Source: a virus (lineage: Duplodnaviria; Caudoviricetes). Taken from it: 58,070 nt of DNA. The stretch lies in IMG/VR virus record IMGVR_UViG_3300037508_001223, positions 1 through 58,070 of that record, one strand, 5' to 3'. Positions 45,695-55,911 of this stretch are shown here, piece after piece. How positions within the stretch are numbered: position 1 is the first letter of the stretch; every line of letters begins with the position of its first letter. The notes beneath the pieces were generated by a model. The model was not told the origin of the DNA. It worked only from the letters and a program-made list of their open reading frames with translations, and did no database searches. Position numbers and translations under genes: made by a program.

Positions 45695-47269
45695 ATGTCG
45701 TTCGATCAATTTGAATCACTTGGTCTTAAGTGGTCCGAATACATTCCACAGTTGCCTACTCCAAAGCAACTGGCGTTTCTGCTACTGCCTCACCAAGAAG
45801 CGTTATTTGGTGGGGCTGCTGGTGGCGGTAAGAGTTCCGCTTTGCTGATGGGTGCTCTTCAGTGCGTAGACGTTCCAGGCTACGCCGCGTTGATTTTGCG
45901 TAAGACGCTTACGGATTTGAAGCAACCTGGGGCACTTCTTGATCGTGCCAATTCTTGGCTAAACGGGACTTCAGCTCGTTACGAAGGAGCTACGCATACT
46001 TGGTGGTTTCCGACGCAGTACGCTGATGGTACTCCAGGTCCACCTTCCAAGATAGCGTTTGGTTTCATTGGAGAATCTCAGGCTCACTTACGCTACCAAG
46101 GTATCGAGATTCAATACTGTGCTTTTGATGAAACTACCCAGCATCAAGAGGACGATTATCGGTATTTGTTTTCCCGTCTTCGTAAGCTAGCTTGCCCTAT
46201 CCATAAAACGATAAATGGCAAGCCTTATTACGTTGATGACTGTGAATTGTGTCAGCAGCAAAAAAGCCTACCGCTTCGGATGCGAGGGGCTACCAATCCA
46301 GGCGGTCCTGGTGGTGCTTGGGTTAAGAAGCGGTTCAAGATTGGTCCGCACATTGACCGGAAGGTAGCTGCTCTTACGGGTGAAAAAATCCGATACATCG
46401 GACACGATCCTCGTAGGCCGTTCATCCCGAGCTTCGCTACCGACAATCCGCATTTGGATCTGGAGAGTTATGCGAACTCGCTCGATGAACTCGATCCTGT
46501 AACCCGTGAACAGCTCAAAGAAGGCCGCTGGGACGTTTCCCAAGATGCTCGATTCAAGAGGCATTGGGCTAGGTACTACTCGCAAAGGAATGAATACTTC
46601 TGCTTGGGAATGGACGGTTCTGGCCCGATGCACCATGTCGATTCCCTAATTCGGGTATTTGTCACAGTCGATCCTGCGGCTAGCAGCAAGCATGGTCCTG
46701 GCGATACGCAGGTGTGGCGAAAAGAAGCCAGCTACACTGTGATCTCGGTTTGGGGTGTTACTCGGGATTACCACCTTTTGTGGTTAGACATGCTGCGATT
46801 CAGGAAAGAGATACCTGATGTCATCATGGCTATGAAACGTGTAAACCGCACATGGCGTCCCGAGTGCTTTTTCGTGGAAGCCAATGGTCTTGGGCAAGGC
46901 GTGTATCAAGGGGCTATTCGTGAGGGATTGTCGGTCAACCCAATACACACTAGGGTGGATAAGGTTGTAAACGCCGCCGAAGCCATGATCCGCATGTCGC
47001 AGGGTCGTATTTGGTTTCCACAGACGGCTTCCTGGCTCACCACTGCTGAAGATGAAATTTTCTTTTGGACTGGCGATCCTATCCGAACAGATGATATAGT
47101 GGATTCGTTGTCCAATGCCGCAAAGCAAGTGGCTTGGGACGACCCCATGGTGATACCGGACGATCCAGAACGTGGTACTTTCGATTTTGCGGTAACTGGG
47201 GATATGCCGGACATCCTGTACTCGGATGATTACTCCCGAGGAAATGACAATCCTTTTTTGGAGTCCTGA
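45695..47269 (+). CDS. terL: Terminase large subunit
   Basis: Walker A GAAGGGKS, Walker B CAFDE, GATNP, nuclease VDPA and DDIVDS. Confidence 0.92.
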   Translation: MSFDQFESLGLKWSEYIPQLPTPKQLAFLLLPHQEALFGGAAGGGKSSALLMGALQCVDVPGYAALILRKTLTDLKQPGALLDRANSWLNGTSARYEGATHTWWFPTQYADGTPGPPSKIAFGFIGESQAHLRYQGIEIQYCAFDETTQHQEDDYRYLFSRLRKLACPIHKTINGKPYYVDDCELCQQQKSLPLRMRGATNPGGPGGAWVKKRFKIGPHIDRKVAALTGEKIRYIGHDPRRPFIPSFATDNPHLDLESYANSLDELDPVTREQLKEGRWDVSQDARFKRHWARYYSQRNEYFCLGMDGSGPMHHVDSLIRVFVTVDPAASSKHGPGDTQVWRKEASYTVISVWGVTRDYHLLWLDMLRFRKEIPDVIMAMKRVNRTWRPECFFVEANGLGQGVYQGAIREGLSVNPIHTRVDKVVNAAEAMIRMSQGRIWFPQTASWLTTAEDEIFFWTGDPIRTDDIVDSLSNAAKQVAWDDPMVIPDDPERGTFDFAVTGDMPDILYSDDYSRGNDNPFLES

Positions 47270-47271
47270 AG

Positions 47272-47901
47272 ATGGATCGTATCATCTGCGGCTACAAGCC
47301 AGCACCCCTCGGCGCGAATCCAGCCCGCTGGCCGCGTGGGACCACGATACGCTATCGCGTGGCTTTGACGGGATTGCCTGGGATTGATCGTGATTTGTTC
47401 CGCCGCGTGTTCCGGGCCGCGTGCGACTCATGGCAATCCGTCTGCGGTATCGAGTTCGCGGAGGTTGAATCCCGCGAATCGCTGACGGTTACGACGATGA
47501 GCCAGCAACCGGGCGGCGTCTTGGCGGATGCCGAGTTGCCGTATTTGCAAGGCAGGACGACACCGCTGCAAATGCGATTTGATGCCCGCGAACCGTGGGC
47601 CGTTGGCAGTCCAATACCCGCCAATCGTATCGGGCTGCAAGTTGTCGCGGAACATGAGCTAGGGCATGTGCTTGGTCTCGACCATGGCGGAACCGACCTG
47701 ATGAAACCGGTTTACGATCCGCGCATGACCATCGGGCCATGGGAACGCGGGCTGACGGTTGAGGCATACGGGCTGCCAAAACCCAAGACGCCATCGCCGG
47801 TTGATCCTGTGGCGGATGCGGAGTTGTTCCGGCTGGTCACACGGGCTGGCGGGTTGGTGTTGTTGGTGCGTGAGGGGCTTAGCGTGGAGCGGATGAAATG
47901 A
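47272..47901 (+). CDS. Matrixin (M10) zinc metallopeptidase
   Basis: HELGHVLGLDH zinc motif, GGVLA, Met-turn LMKP. Confidence 0.9.
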   Translation: MDRIICGYKPAPLGANPARWPRGTTIRYRVALTGLPGIDRDLFRRVFRAACDSWQSVCGIEFAEVESRESLTVTTMSQQPGGVLADAELPYLQGRTTPLQMRFDAREPWAVGSPIPANRIGLQVVAEHELGHVLGLDHGGTDLMKPVYDPRMTIGPWERGLTVEAYGLPKPKTPSPVDPVADAELFRLVTRAGGLVLLVREGLSVERMK

Positions 47902-48080
47902 TTGACAGGCTGGCGGTGTTTAGTTTTTGGCTCGCGTCGATGGCCGTCGTCGTCGGCATTGTCGCAACGCATGCCCAGTGCGACGAGGTAGCTGTGCGAT
48001 GCGCGTATATAGGCGGCGTGGGCTACACGCTCGCAGCAGCGTGCGTCTGGCGCGTCGTCGTGCGAGACAGGAGCAGTTAG
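47898..48080 (+). CDS. Small two-TM membrane protein
   Basis: Two hydrophobic segments; ATGA overlap. Confidence 0.55.
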   Translation: MIDRLAVFSFWLASMAVVVGIVATHAQCDEVAVRCAYIGGVGYTLAAACVWRVVVRDRSS

Positions 48081-48288
48081 CGTTACGCATCACAGACCAG
48101 CGCTATGGGCGCTGTTCGGCTCGTGCGTGAAGGATTAAGCGTGGAGAGGATGAAATGAGCGTTGAAACCCGTGAATGGTTGTATTGGATTGAGGATTGGT
48201 CGATCACGATGGCTGGGGTCCTTGGTGTCTTGTCGGCGCTGTCGTTTGGCGTGCATCTGCTGGCGTGTGCATCGTGGCGGTATATACG

Positions 48289-49785
48289 ATGATCGCCGCA
48301 TTGTTGGCCGTTGTGCTCTGTGCCGATCCACCAGCACGGCAACCAATTCCGCCCGATTGGGTCGGCTGGGCGCTTACAGATCTTGTCCAGCAACCGGAAG
48401 TTGATCGGCCGTTTCTTCGCTACTTGGCCATTCCGCCATGGGGCGACGAAAAGTGGGTGCCGCTGGTCAATTTCGCGTTGAATAGCTCGGTGTCGCAAGC
48501 CAGCACAATTCAGCGGGCAGACGTGATCGCGAACGGCTGGATGATGCGGATTGACCTGCGGAGATTCAGTCCGCGAAAGAACACGATTGCCAAGACGCTG
48601 GCGACTTGGGATTCACTGGCCAAGCTAGACCCGTATTTACACGTCCCGAAAACCAATAGCGGAGTCGATATCGCTGTCATCGCACCGACGGTGCCGCAAG
48701 ATCAGGCCGTCCTGCTGGCGCAGCTAACGCTGTCGGCTGGGGCTGTTTACAGAGCGGATTGGTGGCTAAGCAAGGCGCTCGATACGCTGGATGGCGGTGT
48801 GTACTACGAGTTCCGCCAACTTCCGACCGACACCGACGCGGACTCAAAAGGGTTAACCGAATTCGATCGCTACTTGCGGGGCCGTGGCGTTTTCCTTCGA
48901 GCTACCCAAGACGCGGGCGGCGAACGTCGAGCCGCACTAACTGCGAGCGATGTCACCGCCAAGCCAAGACGGGCGGACTTCGGACTAGGTTTGAGCGGTG
49001 GGCTGTGGAGCGTTACGCGCGACATCGCCGACGGCGGGCAGAAGGCTGAACGGCATCCGCTCCGCAATCTGTTGGACTTCCGGGATCAAGGCCGCGAAGT
49101 GTTCGTTACGCTGCCCAACGGCATGATCGAATACACGCTGTTCGACGGCAACGGAAAGCTGGTGCGTGAAGCACCGCCGGAATTGGTAAGAGACCATAAC
49201 GTACCTCCGCCGAACACGGCACGATTGCGGCCTGCAAGGTCGTGCATCATCTGCCACAACATACCCTCGGCGGATGGATGGCGAGAGTTTCCGAATGACG
49301 TGCGGACAGTGTTGGATTCGGGCCGCTTCGATGTCGTGTCTGATCTTGCAAATCTAGGCATTACCCGCGAAGAAGCGATCAACAAACTGGCCGAACTGTA
49401 CGCGCTCGAAGTTGATTCGGCCGACGGCTTGTTGAGCCGCGCACGTCGAGATTACTCGGCGTCAATTGCTCGATGCGTTCCTACTGGGATAAATTTTGAG
49501 CCTGACAAATCGCTTGTCGCTCAAATTGGTCAGTTGACTCGGGATGTTATTTACCGCTATGATTACGAGCGAATTGACGCAAAACAGGCGGCTTTGGAAT
49601 TGGGATACGTTGTCCCCAAAGACTTCAAAGGGAATCCTCTCGATTTTGCTTTAAAACCAGATAATCCGATACGCGAGATTGATGGTGTGGCTGCGTATCT
49701 AAGAGCTGGTTTGAAAATCAATAGAGCAGACTTTGAAGTTATCTATCAAGATTTGCTACAACAAAGCTTAGAGGTGGCGAAGTGA
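48289..49785 (+). CDS. Secreted protein with a CxxCH heme-binding motif
   Basis: Signal-like MIAALLAVVLCADPP; SCIICHN; start uncertain (ORF open from 48196). Confidence 0.65.
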   Translation: MIAALLAVVLCADPPARQPIPPDWVGWALTDLVQQPEVDRPFLRYLAIPPWGDEKWVPLVNFALNSSVSQASTIQRADVIANGWMMRIDLRRFSPRKNTIAKTLATWDSLAKLDPYLHVPKTNSGVDIAVIAPTVPQDQAVLLAQLTLSAGAVYRADWWLSKALDTLDGGVYYEFRQLPTDTDADSKGLTEFDRYLRGRGVFLRATQDAGGERRAALTASDVTAKPRRADFGLGLSGGLWSVTRDIADGGQKAERHPLRNLLDFRDQGREVFVTLPNGMIEYTLFDGNGKLVREAPPELVRDHNVPPPNTARLRPARSCIICHNIPSADGWREFPNDVRTVLDSGRFDVVSDLANLGITREEAINKLAELYALEVDSADGLLSRARRDYSASIARCVPTGINFEPDKSLVAQIGQLTRDVIYRYDYERIDAKQAALELGYVVPKDFKGNPLDFALKPDNPIREIDGVAAYLRAGLKINRADFEVIYQDLLQQSLEVAK

Positions 49786-50555
49786 TTCGAGCAATAGTTT
49801 TCAGCTTGGTGGTGATAGTCGCTAGTGACTGTTGGGCGTGTTCGCGTTGTGGCTTGTTCGGCAACCGATGCCGATTCGTGAGCCAGCATCACGAGGTAGC
49901 GGCCGCTGTCGTGGCTGCGCCTATCATCCAGCAACCGCCTATCTCGATCATCAACAACTACGCACCCGGAAACGGGGCCGCAGCTACGCTGATTGCTCCG
50001 CAGGGCGGGAGTGTCTACGGGCTAGCCACTGCTGTTCAAGCGTATTCGCTCGATCCGGCGGCCGTTCTTCGGCAGGCTGCCGAGCTAACGAAGGGAGCCC
50101 AACAACTAGCCGACCAAGGACTCAAGGGATACGGCCAAACTGCCGCGTTAGCGTTGACTCTGCAAGCATCGCAGCCAGCCATTCAAGCGGCCGTAGTACA
50201 GCCGATCGCCAGCCCGCCGCAGACGCTCCAGATCGAGCTACGCGACGGCAAATGGCAAGTCGTTCAGCCGCAAGCATCCACGCCCCCCGCGCCGGCAGCA
50301 GATCCTCCGCAACGTCCCGCCAGCGTTGCGTCGCCGGCGCGGGGTTTTCCACTCGTCAACAAGCATTGCGGCAAGTGTCATGGTGTTGACATCGCAGCGC
50401 CCAAAGGCGGCGTGTATCTTGGCGGTGAGGAGGTCGATTGCAAGATCAACCTGTCGGCGATCGGTGCTGTGATTAGTGAGCGTATGCCGCCGGGTTCGCA
50501 GTTGTCGGCGGAAGATCGTCAGGGGATTGTGTTGGAACTGTCAGAGGCGAAATAA
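49782..50555 (+). CDS. Secreted protein with C-terminal Planctomycete-type cytochrome c domain
   Basis: Signal peptide; HCGKCHG...KGG...MPP...LS.EDR. Confidence 0.75.
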   Translation: MIRAIVFSLVVIVASDCWACSRCGLFGNRCRFVSQHHEVAAAVVAAPIIQQPPISIINNYAPGNGAAATLIAPQGGSVYGLATAVQAYSLDPAAVLRQAAELTKGAQQLADQGLKGYGQTAALALTLQASQPAIQAAVVQPIASPPQTLQIELRDGKWQVVQPQASTPPAPAADPPQRPASVASPARGFPLVNKHCGKCHGVDIAAPKGGVYLGGEEVDCKINLSAIGAVISERMPPGSQLSAEDRQGIVLELSEAK

Positions 50556-50566
50556 GGGGATCGAGC

Positions 50567-50788
50567 GTGGATAAAAAAACAGCTTCGGCGGTGTATACTG
50601 AGCGATTTCGACAACAAGCAGAAATGGAATCAGTCCATAGTTGGGTCAGAGCATCGTTGTTGCGTGCGGCAGATCAGATTGAGCGTTTGCAAGCTGTAAT
50701 CGAGCAAGTCCAAGGAGAAACAGCGTGTCTTGGATTGCCCGAATCGCTGCAAGAAGAGATTGATGATATCTGCAAAAAAGGAGCGTAG
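50567..50788 (+). CDS. Hypothetical protein
   Basis: Packed ORF with RBS. Confidence 0.55.
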   Translation: MDKKTASAVYTERFRQQAEMESVHSWVRASLLRAADQIERLQAVIEQVQGETACLGLPESLQEEIDDICKKGA

Positions 50789-50790
50789 GC

Positions 50791-51129
50791 ATGGCGAAAA
50801 AAGCAATGGCTGGTGAGCGTAGGCGTAGGCGTCGTGAGTGGGTGGCGGTTGCGGTTGACGCGGTTCAACAAGCTGGCGAAGAGGGTTTGTTGGACGATCA
50901 GCAAGCTCGACAAATTAGCCGTGGATTACGTAGGCCACGAATTAGCCAACAGATTCGTGCTGCGTTTACACAACACCTGGAATCGCAGCAGTTGGAATCG
51001 GCAATCAACGAAAATGGTCAAGTCGACTTTGATTCGATCATCGACTTGCTGATGATGTTTTTCCCGAAGTTGGCCAAACTGCGTAAGTTTGCAGCGTTGT
51101 GGGACGAATTGAAGGGTTTGCGTTTTTAA
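50791..51129 (+). CDS. Hypothetical protein with Arg-rich N-terminus
   Basis: AGGAG RBS; ERRRRRRE. Confidence 0.6.
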   Translation: MAKKAMAGERRRRRREWVAVAVDAVQQAGEEGLLDDQQARQISRGLRRPRISQQIRAAFTQHLESQQLESAINENGQVDFDSIIDLLMMFFPKLAKLRKFAALWDELKGLRF

Positions 51130-51149
51130 CCCAAGAAAGGCAGGTGATC

Positions 51150-51365
51150 GTGTCTAAGGTTTTCCTGATTGCGGCTATTCTTTTTGGTGCCGCAGTTGCT
51201 GATGCTGGTGAGGTGGTACGCAAGCAAGTTGTTCGTGGCCCGCTTGGGCGACGGCGACAAGTGACTGTTGAGCGGATTCAGGCTCCGCGTCGTGTGGAGT
51301 CGATTCAATTGCCTCGACAGTCGGCAATCTTTCTGCATCCACAACCACTCATTATTCTTCGTTAA
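51150..51365 (+). CDS. Small secreted basic protein
   Basis: Signal peptide MSKVFLIAAILFGAAVADA from GTG at 51150. Confidence 0.55.
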   Translation: MSKVFLIAAILFGAAVADAGEVVRKQVVRGPLGRRRQVTVERIQAPRRVESIQLPRQSAIFLHPQPLIILR

Positions 51366-51369
51366 TCGC

Positions 51370-51482
51370 TTGACTAGCTTCCGGTATCTGCTATGATACT
51401 GGAGCAAGGTTCCTGCGATTGGTTTGCGATGCGACGAGGGTGTGCCCCGGAGAACTACTCCTCTCCGGGGCAGCCCTTGTTT
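51370..51482 (+). ncRNA. Promoter + ~80-nt ORF-less transcript + terminator
   Basis: TTGACT..TATGAT at 51370-51397; hairpin TGCCCCGGAGA/TCTCCGGGGCA followed by TTGTTT. Confidence 0.45.
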
Positions 51483-51484
51483 CA

Positions 51485-52825
51485 TTAGGTAGCCAAGCTA
51501 TCTGCAATGCTTGGACTGTTGTTAGTAGGCATTTGATATCCGAATGCCTTTCGGAACCAAGTTTGAAACACACCAGCATCGTCATTGCTGATAGTGAACA
51601 CAAATTTATCTCCTGCAAGGAACTTGCTAGTTCCTGCCACGATGGCGACATTCACGCCATTCACGTAGGTTACTGGACCCATTACCAGTCCGTCGATATA
51701 AACCGACTTTCCTGAGGTAAGAGTTCCCGTAACCTTGATGACTAGTTTCAAGTCGTCAGGAATTTCAAGTGGCAAGTTCACGTAGAATTTCTTCAACGTG
51801 TAGCTAGTAGCCGCACTTAGGGCGGTAGCGTCCATCTCGATCTTCTCAGTCGCTCCTGCCGTGTAACCAGTTCCTTCAAACTGGATCGTCAAAGTGCCTG
51901 CCGAAGTAGCTGTAGTTCCACGAACCCAAACGGCTACCACGTAGCGTTTCAGTGCGGTTAGCCCAGATTGGTTTACAGCTTGGCTAATGCTGATGGTTCC
52001 TTGTGCTCCATCACCGGTGTAACGCAAAGCGGAGGAACCTCGTTTTACGACCGAGGTTTCTTTGACGATATGCGTTCCAGTAGTTCCAGAGACAATAGTC
52101 CAACTGGCTGGAGTATTTGTCGAGAACAGTTCAAATTCGCCGTTGGCGATAAAACTGTAGCTGTTCAACGGCTGAATAGTAGTGTTTGTTCCACTACCCG
52201 GAGACAAGTAATGGTACAACCCAGGACTTGTAGGTTTACCTAGCCATTGGAAGCTTTCTCGGCCTTCCTGGACTAGCCCATTCTCGCTGTCTGTAGAACA
52301 TACAACATTGATGCTGTCATCTTCAGCAAGTTGGCTAGTCAAACCATTGTAGCCTTTGTAGGCAGGCATACTAGTGCCTGGAGGGGTGACACCATCCAAA
52401 ACAGCATCCACTAAAAGCTCACCAACAGAAGCATTAGTGGAAGTCGTGGTTACAGATCCCAATGTCACCACGCTCTTGGTCACATGTTGGCTGTTTGCCA
52501 CCATGTCCGCGATCAGAAGAGGCATCACCTCGTTCAACGAACTTCCAGAGCCGATGGGAAGTTCCTTCAGGATCAACTCTCGATCGGTGAGCAACTTTGT
52601 AGCTACTTGGTTGTTGATTTGGCCAATCCAAGAGAACACGTTGTTCTTGAAACCAACCCAAGTATCGGGGATGGACTGTAGAAGGGCAAACTGGCTGTTA
52701 GAGCTGTAAACACTCTGAACTGCGGAAAGATCAGTATCCAATTCTCCGTAGTACGCTTTGACGTTATTCACACCTTTGACGAGCTTACCAAGCATCGTGA
52801 AAAGATTCGTATAATTGATTGCCAT
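51485..52825 (-). CDS. Probable virion protein with carbohydrate-binding-module-like domain
   Basis: GGAGGA RBS and ATG at 52825; NGEFE..PASW and VYIDG pattern; Thr/Ser rich. Confidence 0.65.
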   Translation of the reverse strand: MAINYTNLFTMLGKLVKGVNNVKAYYGELDTDLSAVQSVYSSNSQFALLQSIPDTWVGFKNNVFSWIGQINNQVATKLLTDRELILKELPIGSGSSLNEVMPLLIADMVANSQHVTKSVVTLGSVTTTSTNASVGELLVDAVLDGVTPPGTSMPAYKGYNGLTSQLAEDDSINVVCSTDSENGLVQEGRESFQWLGKPTSPGLYHYLSPGSGTNTTIQPLNSYSFIANGEFELFSTNTPASWTIVSGTTGTHIVKETSVVKRGSSALRYTGDGAQGTISISQAVNQSGLTALKRYVVAVWVRGTTATSAGTLTIQFEGTGYTAGATEKIEMDATALSAATSYTLKKFYVNLPLEIPDDLKLVIKVTGTLTSGKSVYIDGLVMGPVTYVNGVNVAIVAGTSKFLAGDKFVFTISNDDAGVFQTWFRKAFGYQMPTNNSPSIADSLAT

Positions 52826-52911
52826 ACTTGTCCTCCGGTTTTCGTTTGTGGAAAAAATCGATTTTTGATATCGTAGCCGAATCAGCGAAAAAACCAAACA
52901 AGAAAGCCGTC

Positions 52912-53577
52912 ATGGCTAAGCAAAATCCAAGAACTGGAAGCTCGTTGGTGCGATTGGCCCGCACCAATCCGCAGCAATTTGCTAAGCGAATGTCGGAGAT
53001 GCGTTCGGAAGCGATTCAAAAGGGAATTAGAACCCCGCAGTCCTATCAACCTAAAGCTCCGGGTCGCCAATTGGGGTTTGCCGCTGGTCCTAGAACCAAA
53101 AAGTTAGCTAAGTCAAAAAGACCGATAAAGATATTCAGATCCACAGTAGACGCTTCGGAACTGAAAAAAGCCAAAGTAAATCGGTTACTAGCAAAAGGAA
53201 TTCTTCGTAGGGCAAAAAAGCAAGGAAAACTCGATAAGTTTGCCACTATAACTAAACTGCCAAAAGACCAAGGTGGTGGAGTTGTAAAGAAGCTGAATCT
53301 TCAAGCTGTCAAAAACGAACAAGAACGCTTTAGAAGAATCGCAGCTAAGGGTAAGGAAAAGCTTACCAAAGTACATCAAAAAACGGCTGAAAAACAAGCA
53401 AAACAAGCTGAAAAGCAGGCGAAACAAGCTCAAAAACAAGCAAGTTCCAGTGCTCAAAAGTATGGAATGAAGACAGGTGCTCAAGTAGCTACAGGTGCGT
53501 ACATAGCAGGCAAGGCTATAAGAGCTTTGAGTTCTGTTCCAGGAATGCTTCGTAGAGGCGGGAACTACAGGTTCTAA
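52912..53577 (+). CDS. Highly basic Lys/Gln/Ala-rich protein
   Basis: KQA repeats; immediately before the head protease. Confidence 0.7.
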   Translation: MAKQNPRTGSSLVRLARTNPQQFAKRMSEMRSEAIQKGIRTPQSYQPKAPGRQLGFAAGPRTKKLAKSKRPIKIFRSTVDASELKKAKVNRLLAKGILRRAKKQGKLDKFATITKLPKDQGGGVVKKLNLQAVKNEQERFRRIAAKGKEKLTKVHQKTAEKQAKQAEKQAKQAQKQASSSAQKYGMKTGAQVATGAYIAGKAIRALSSVPGMLRRGGNYRF

Positions 53578-53578
53578 C

Positions 53579-54943
53579 ATGCCAAAATTCGTCAAAGACA
53601 TTGTAACCGCCGGAAAGTACGTCTTGCCTGATGGTAAAGGCGGATCTCGTGAAATCGCGATCACGACGGAGCGGTTGCAAAGATGGGCCGAAAACTTTGA
53701 AAAGCAGCGTAACAGCGGCTTGCATATTCCGGCTCCGGCTTTGCACGACTTTGAAAAGGGCATTCCTGTCCGAATGGGGCAGGACGGCACTCTGCGAAGC
53801 TCTGCGGACAACCTAGGCTTCTGGGACTACGTTTGGGTCGATCCCGAGACCAAGACGCTTAAAGGCGTTCTGGACGCTCCTGGGAGCTTTGACGACCCGA
53901 ATACGCCTGCTGGCAAGGTCGGCAAGACGATTCGGGAGACCTCGATCTACGTGGCTCCCAAGTGGAAGGACGGTTCTGGTACGGAGTGGGACGAGGCTGT
54001 GATGCACATTGCGTGCGTTACCCACCCTATTGAAAAGAGCCAAGCCAATTTCCAGCCTGCGGATGATGGGCTAGCGATTGCGATGTCCTTCAAACAAGCG
54101 GATTCTTCTAATGCTTCTTCGCCTTCTGGCGAACCTGTAGACCCCAACAAAGTCTTGGGGAGCAAAAGCACTGAATACGCCACTTCGGTGGATAACGGCC
54201 GAATTGCCGAGGTCATTACGCTACTTCGAGATGTGGCCAAGATTTCTCTCCCAGAGAATACCACTCAAGACAATATCGTCGAACGCCTTTTGATTGCTCT
54301 CTCCCAAAAGGCTATCGAGAACGAAGAAGAGGATGAGGGCGGAGTCAGTCAACCACCGGAGGGGGCGCAACTAAGAAATGCCCCGTTTGTGATGAGTTTT
54401 TCCCAAAAGCAAATCGAGGCGTTACTGAAGGTGCAGAACCCGGAGACCGGCAAGCCGTTTACTCCAGCCGAGCTTAAGGCTGTTGGTGAACCTGCCGCTG
54501 ACGTGGTGATGAGCCATCCGAAGGTCAAGGAACTGGAGAAGAGTTCGCTCATTCTCTTGAACACTGTGACCGAGCAGGCCAAGGCCAATTATCGCAGCCG
54601 TGCAGCCGCTCTTGTGGCTAGCGGACGAGCGAACAAAGCCTACGTGGACAGCAAGATCCTTCCCATGGTGGAAGCGGTTGTCATGTCGTTTGGCGAGGAC
54701 GGCAAGCCTGCTGTCCAACCGATCGACACGGTTCTGGACGCTCTGGAAGCCGCTCCGGCGATTGCCGCTCCTCCGAGCGTTCCGAACTACGCGGACTTCC
54801 TGGCGATGTCCCATGGAGGCTACCAAGTCCATGGATCGCTTCCGCACCCGGTTGAAGATCCTGGCAACGGCGAGGCTCCGATTACCGCTGATGCGGCGAC
54901 CGCTGTGTTTGGTCGGTTGAAGCAGGCAGGGCTTCTGGCCTAA
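53579..54943 (+). CDS. Capsid maturation protease/scaffold (Mu-like)
   Basis: G.Y...ITTERL..W..NF, H, ETSI and HIACVTHP protease pattern; helical C-terminus. Confidence 0.75.
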   Translation: MPKFVKDIVTAGKYVLPDGKGGSREIAITTERLQRWAENFEKQRNSGLHIPAPALHDFEKGIPVRMGQDGTLRSSADNLGFWDYVWVDPETKTLKGVLDAPGSFDDPNTPAGKVGKTIRETSIYVAPKWKDGSGTEWDEAVMHIACVTHPIEKSQANFQPADDGLAIAMSFKQADSSNASSPSGEPVDPNKVLGSKSTEYATSVDNGRIAEVITLLRDVAKISLPENTTQDNIVERLLIALSQKAIENEEEDEGGVSQPPEGAQLRNAPFVMSFSQKQIEALLKVQNPETGKPFTPAELKAVGEPAADVVMSHPKVKELEKSSLILLNTVTEQAKANYRSRAAALVASGRANKAYVDSKILPMVEAVVMSFGEDGKPAVQPIDTVLDALEAAPAIAAPPSVPNYADFLAMSHGGYQVHGSLPHPVEDPGNGEAPITADAATAVFGRLKQAGLLA

Positions 54944-54989
54944 GCCGTTTCTCTCCCAGAAAAAAACCATATTCCGATAGGAGACAATA

Positions 54990-55865
54990 ATGAGTTCGAT
55001 TTCTTACGAGCAATTTCAACGTGGCCCGTTCATTGGAAATCTCGTTGAGACTTCCGAGAACAGCTTTTACTTTGGCACGCATCCGCTGAACGTCTACGTT
55101 GGCGGTCGTGTTGATGGGGCTACCCGAGACGCTGGCAACACGGCGACGGATGTCATCCGGCCGGGTTTGCTGCTTGGCATGGTGGCCTCCACCAGCAAGT
55201 TGAAGCAGTGGAGTGCTACGGCTACCGATGGCAGCCAGTTCATCTTTGGCATCCTCGATAATCCGGGTGTCAAGATGCAAGCGGGCGGTGCCGACCAGGA
55301 TCGTTTCCGAGGCACGATTATGATTCGTGGCCTCATTCGTCCTGATCGCCTCTTGATCGGCGGTAATGCTTCTTATGGCATCTCCGGTAATGCTTACGAG
55401 TATATGATCCGTAAGCAGCTCAACGATCTGGGTTTCATGGTTCAGGAAGACTCGGCGATTACGGGTCTCTTGGGTTATGGAACGCCGTTTGGTGGTGGGT
55501 TCCGTTTGATGCAAGCCAAGACGGCGGATTACACCGTGAAGGCTTGGGAATCCGGGACTCTGTTCACCACGCGAGGTGCCGCAGGTGCTGTGAATTTCAC
55601 GCTGCCTGCAACTCCTTCGCAAGGTTTGTACTTCGGCTTCTACAGCGCTGCTAACCAAAACCTGAAGGTTACGGCGGGTACTGCGGATACTATGGTCGCT
55701 ATCAATGATCTTGCGGCGGATTCGATTAGTTTTGAAACCGCTTCGTTGAAGATTGGTGGAATGATCGAAGTTTACGGCGATGGTACCGGATGGTTGACCC
55801 GAGTCAGCCCTGGTCAGACATCGGACGGTACGGCTTCTGGCCAAATCGTGACGGTGGCATCGTAA
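54990..55865 (+). CDS. Head decoration protein
   Basis: IRPGLLLG..W...ATDGSQ...GIL; between scaffold and MCP. Confidence 0.7.
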   Translation: MSSISYEQFQRGPFIGNLVETSENSFYFGTHPLNVYVGGRVDGATRDAGNTATDVIRPGLLLGMVASTSKLKQWSATATDGSQFIFGILDNPGVKMQAGGADQDRFRGTIMIRGLIRPDRLLIGGNASYGISGNAYEYMIRKQLNDLGFMVQEDSAITGLLGYGTPFGGGFRLMQAKTADYTVKAWESGTLFTTRGAAGAVNFTLPATPSQGLYFGFYSAANQNLKVTAGTADTMVAINDLAADSISFETASLKIGGMIEVYGDGTGWLTRVSPGQTSDGTASGQIVTVAS

Positions 55866-55911
55866 TCTGTAGTGCTAACTAGAAGAAAACACACAACGAA
55901 AGGCAAGTATA

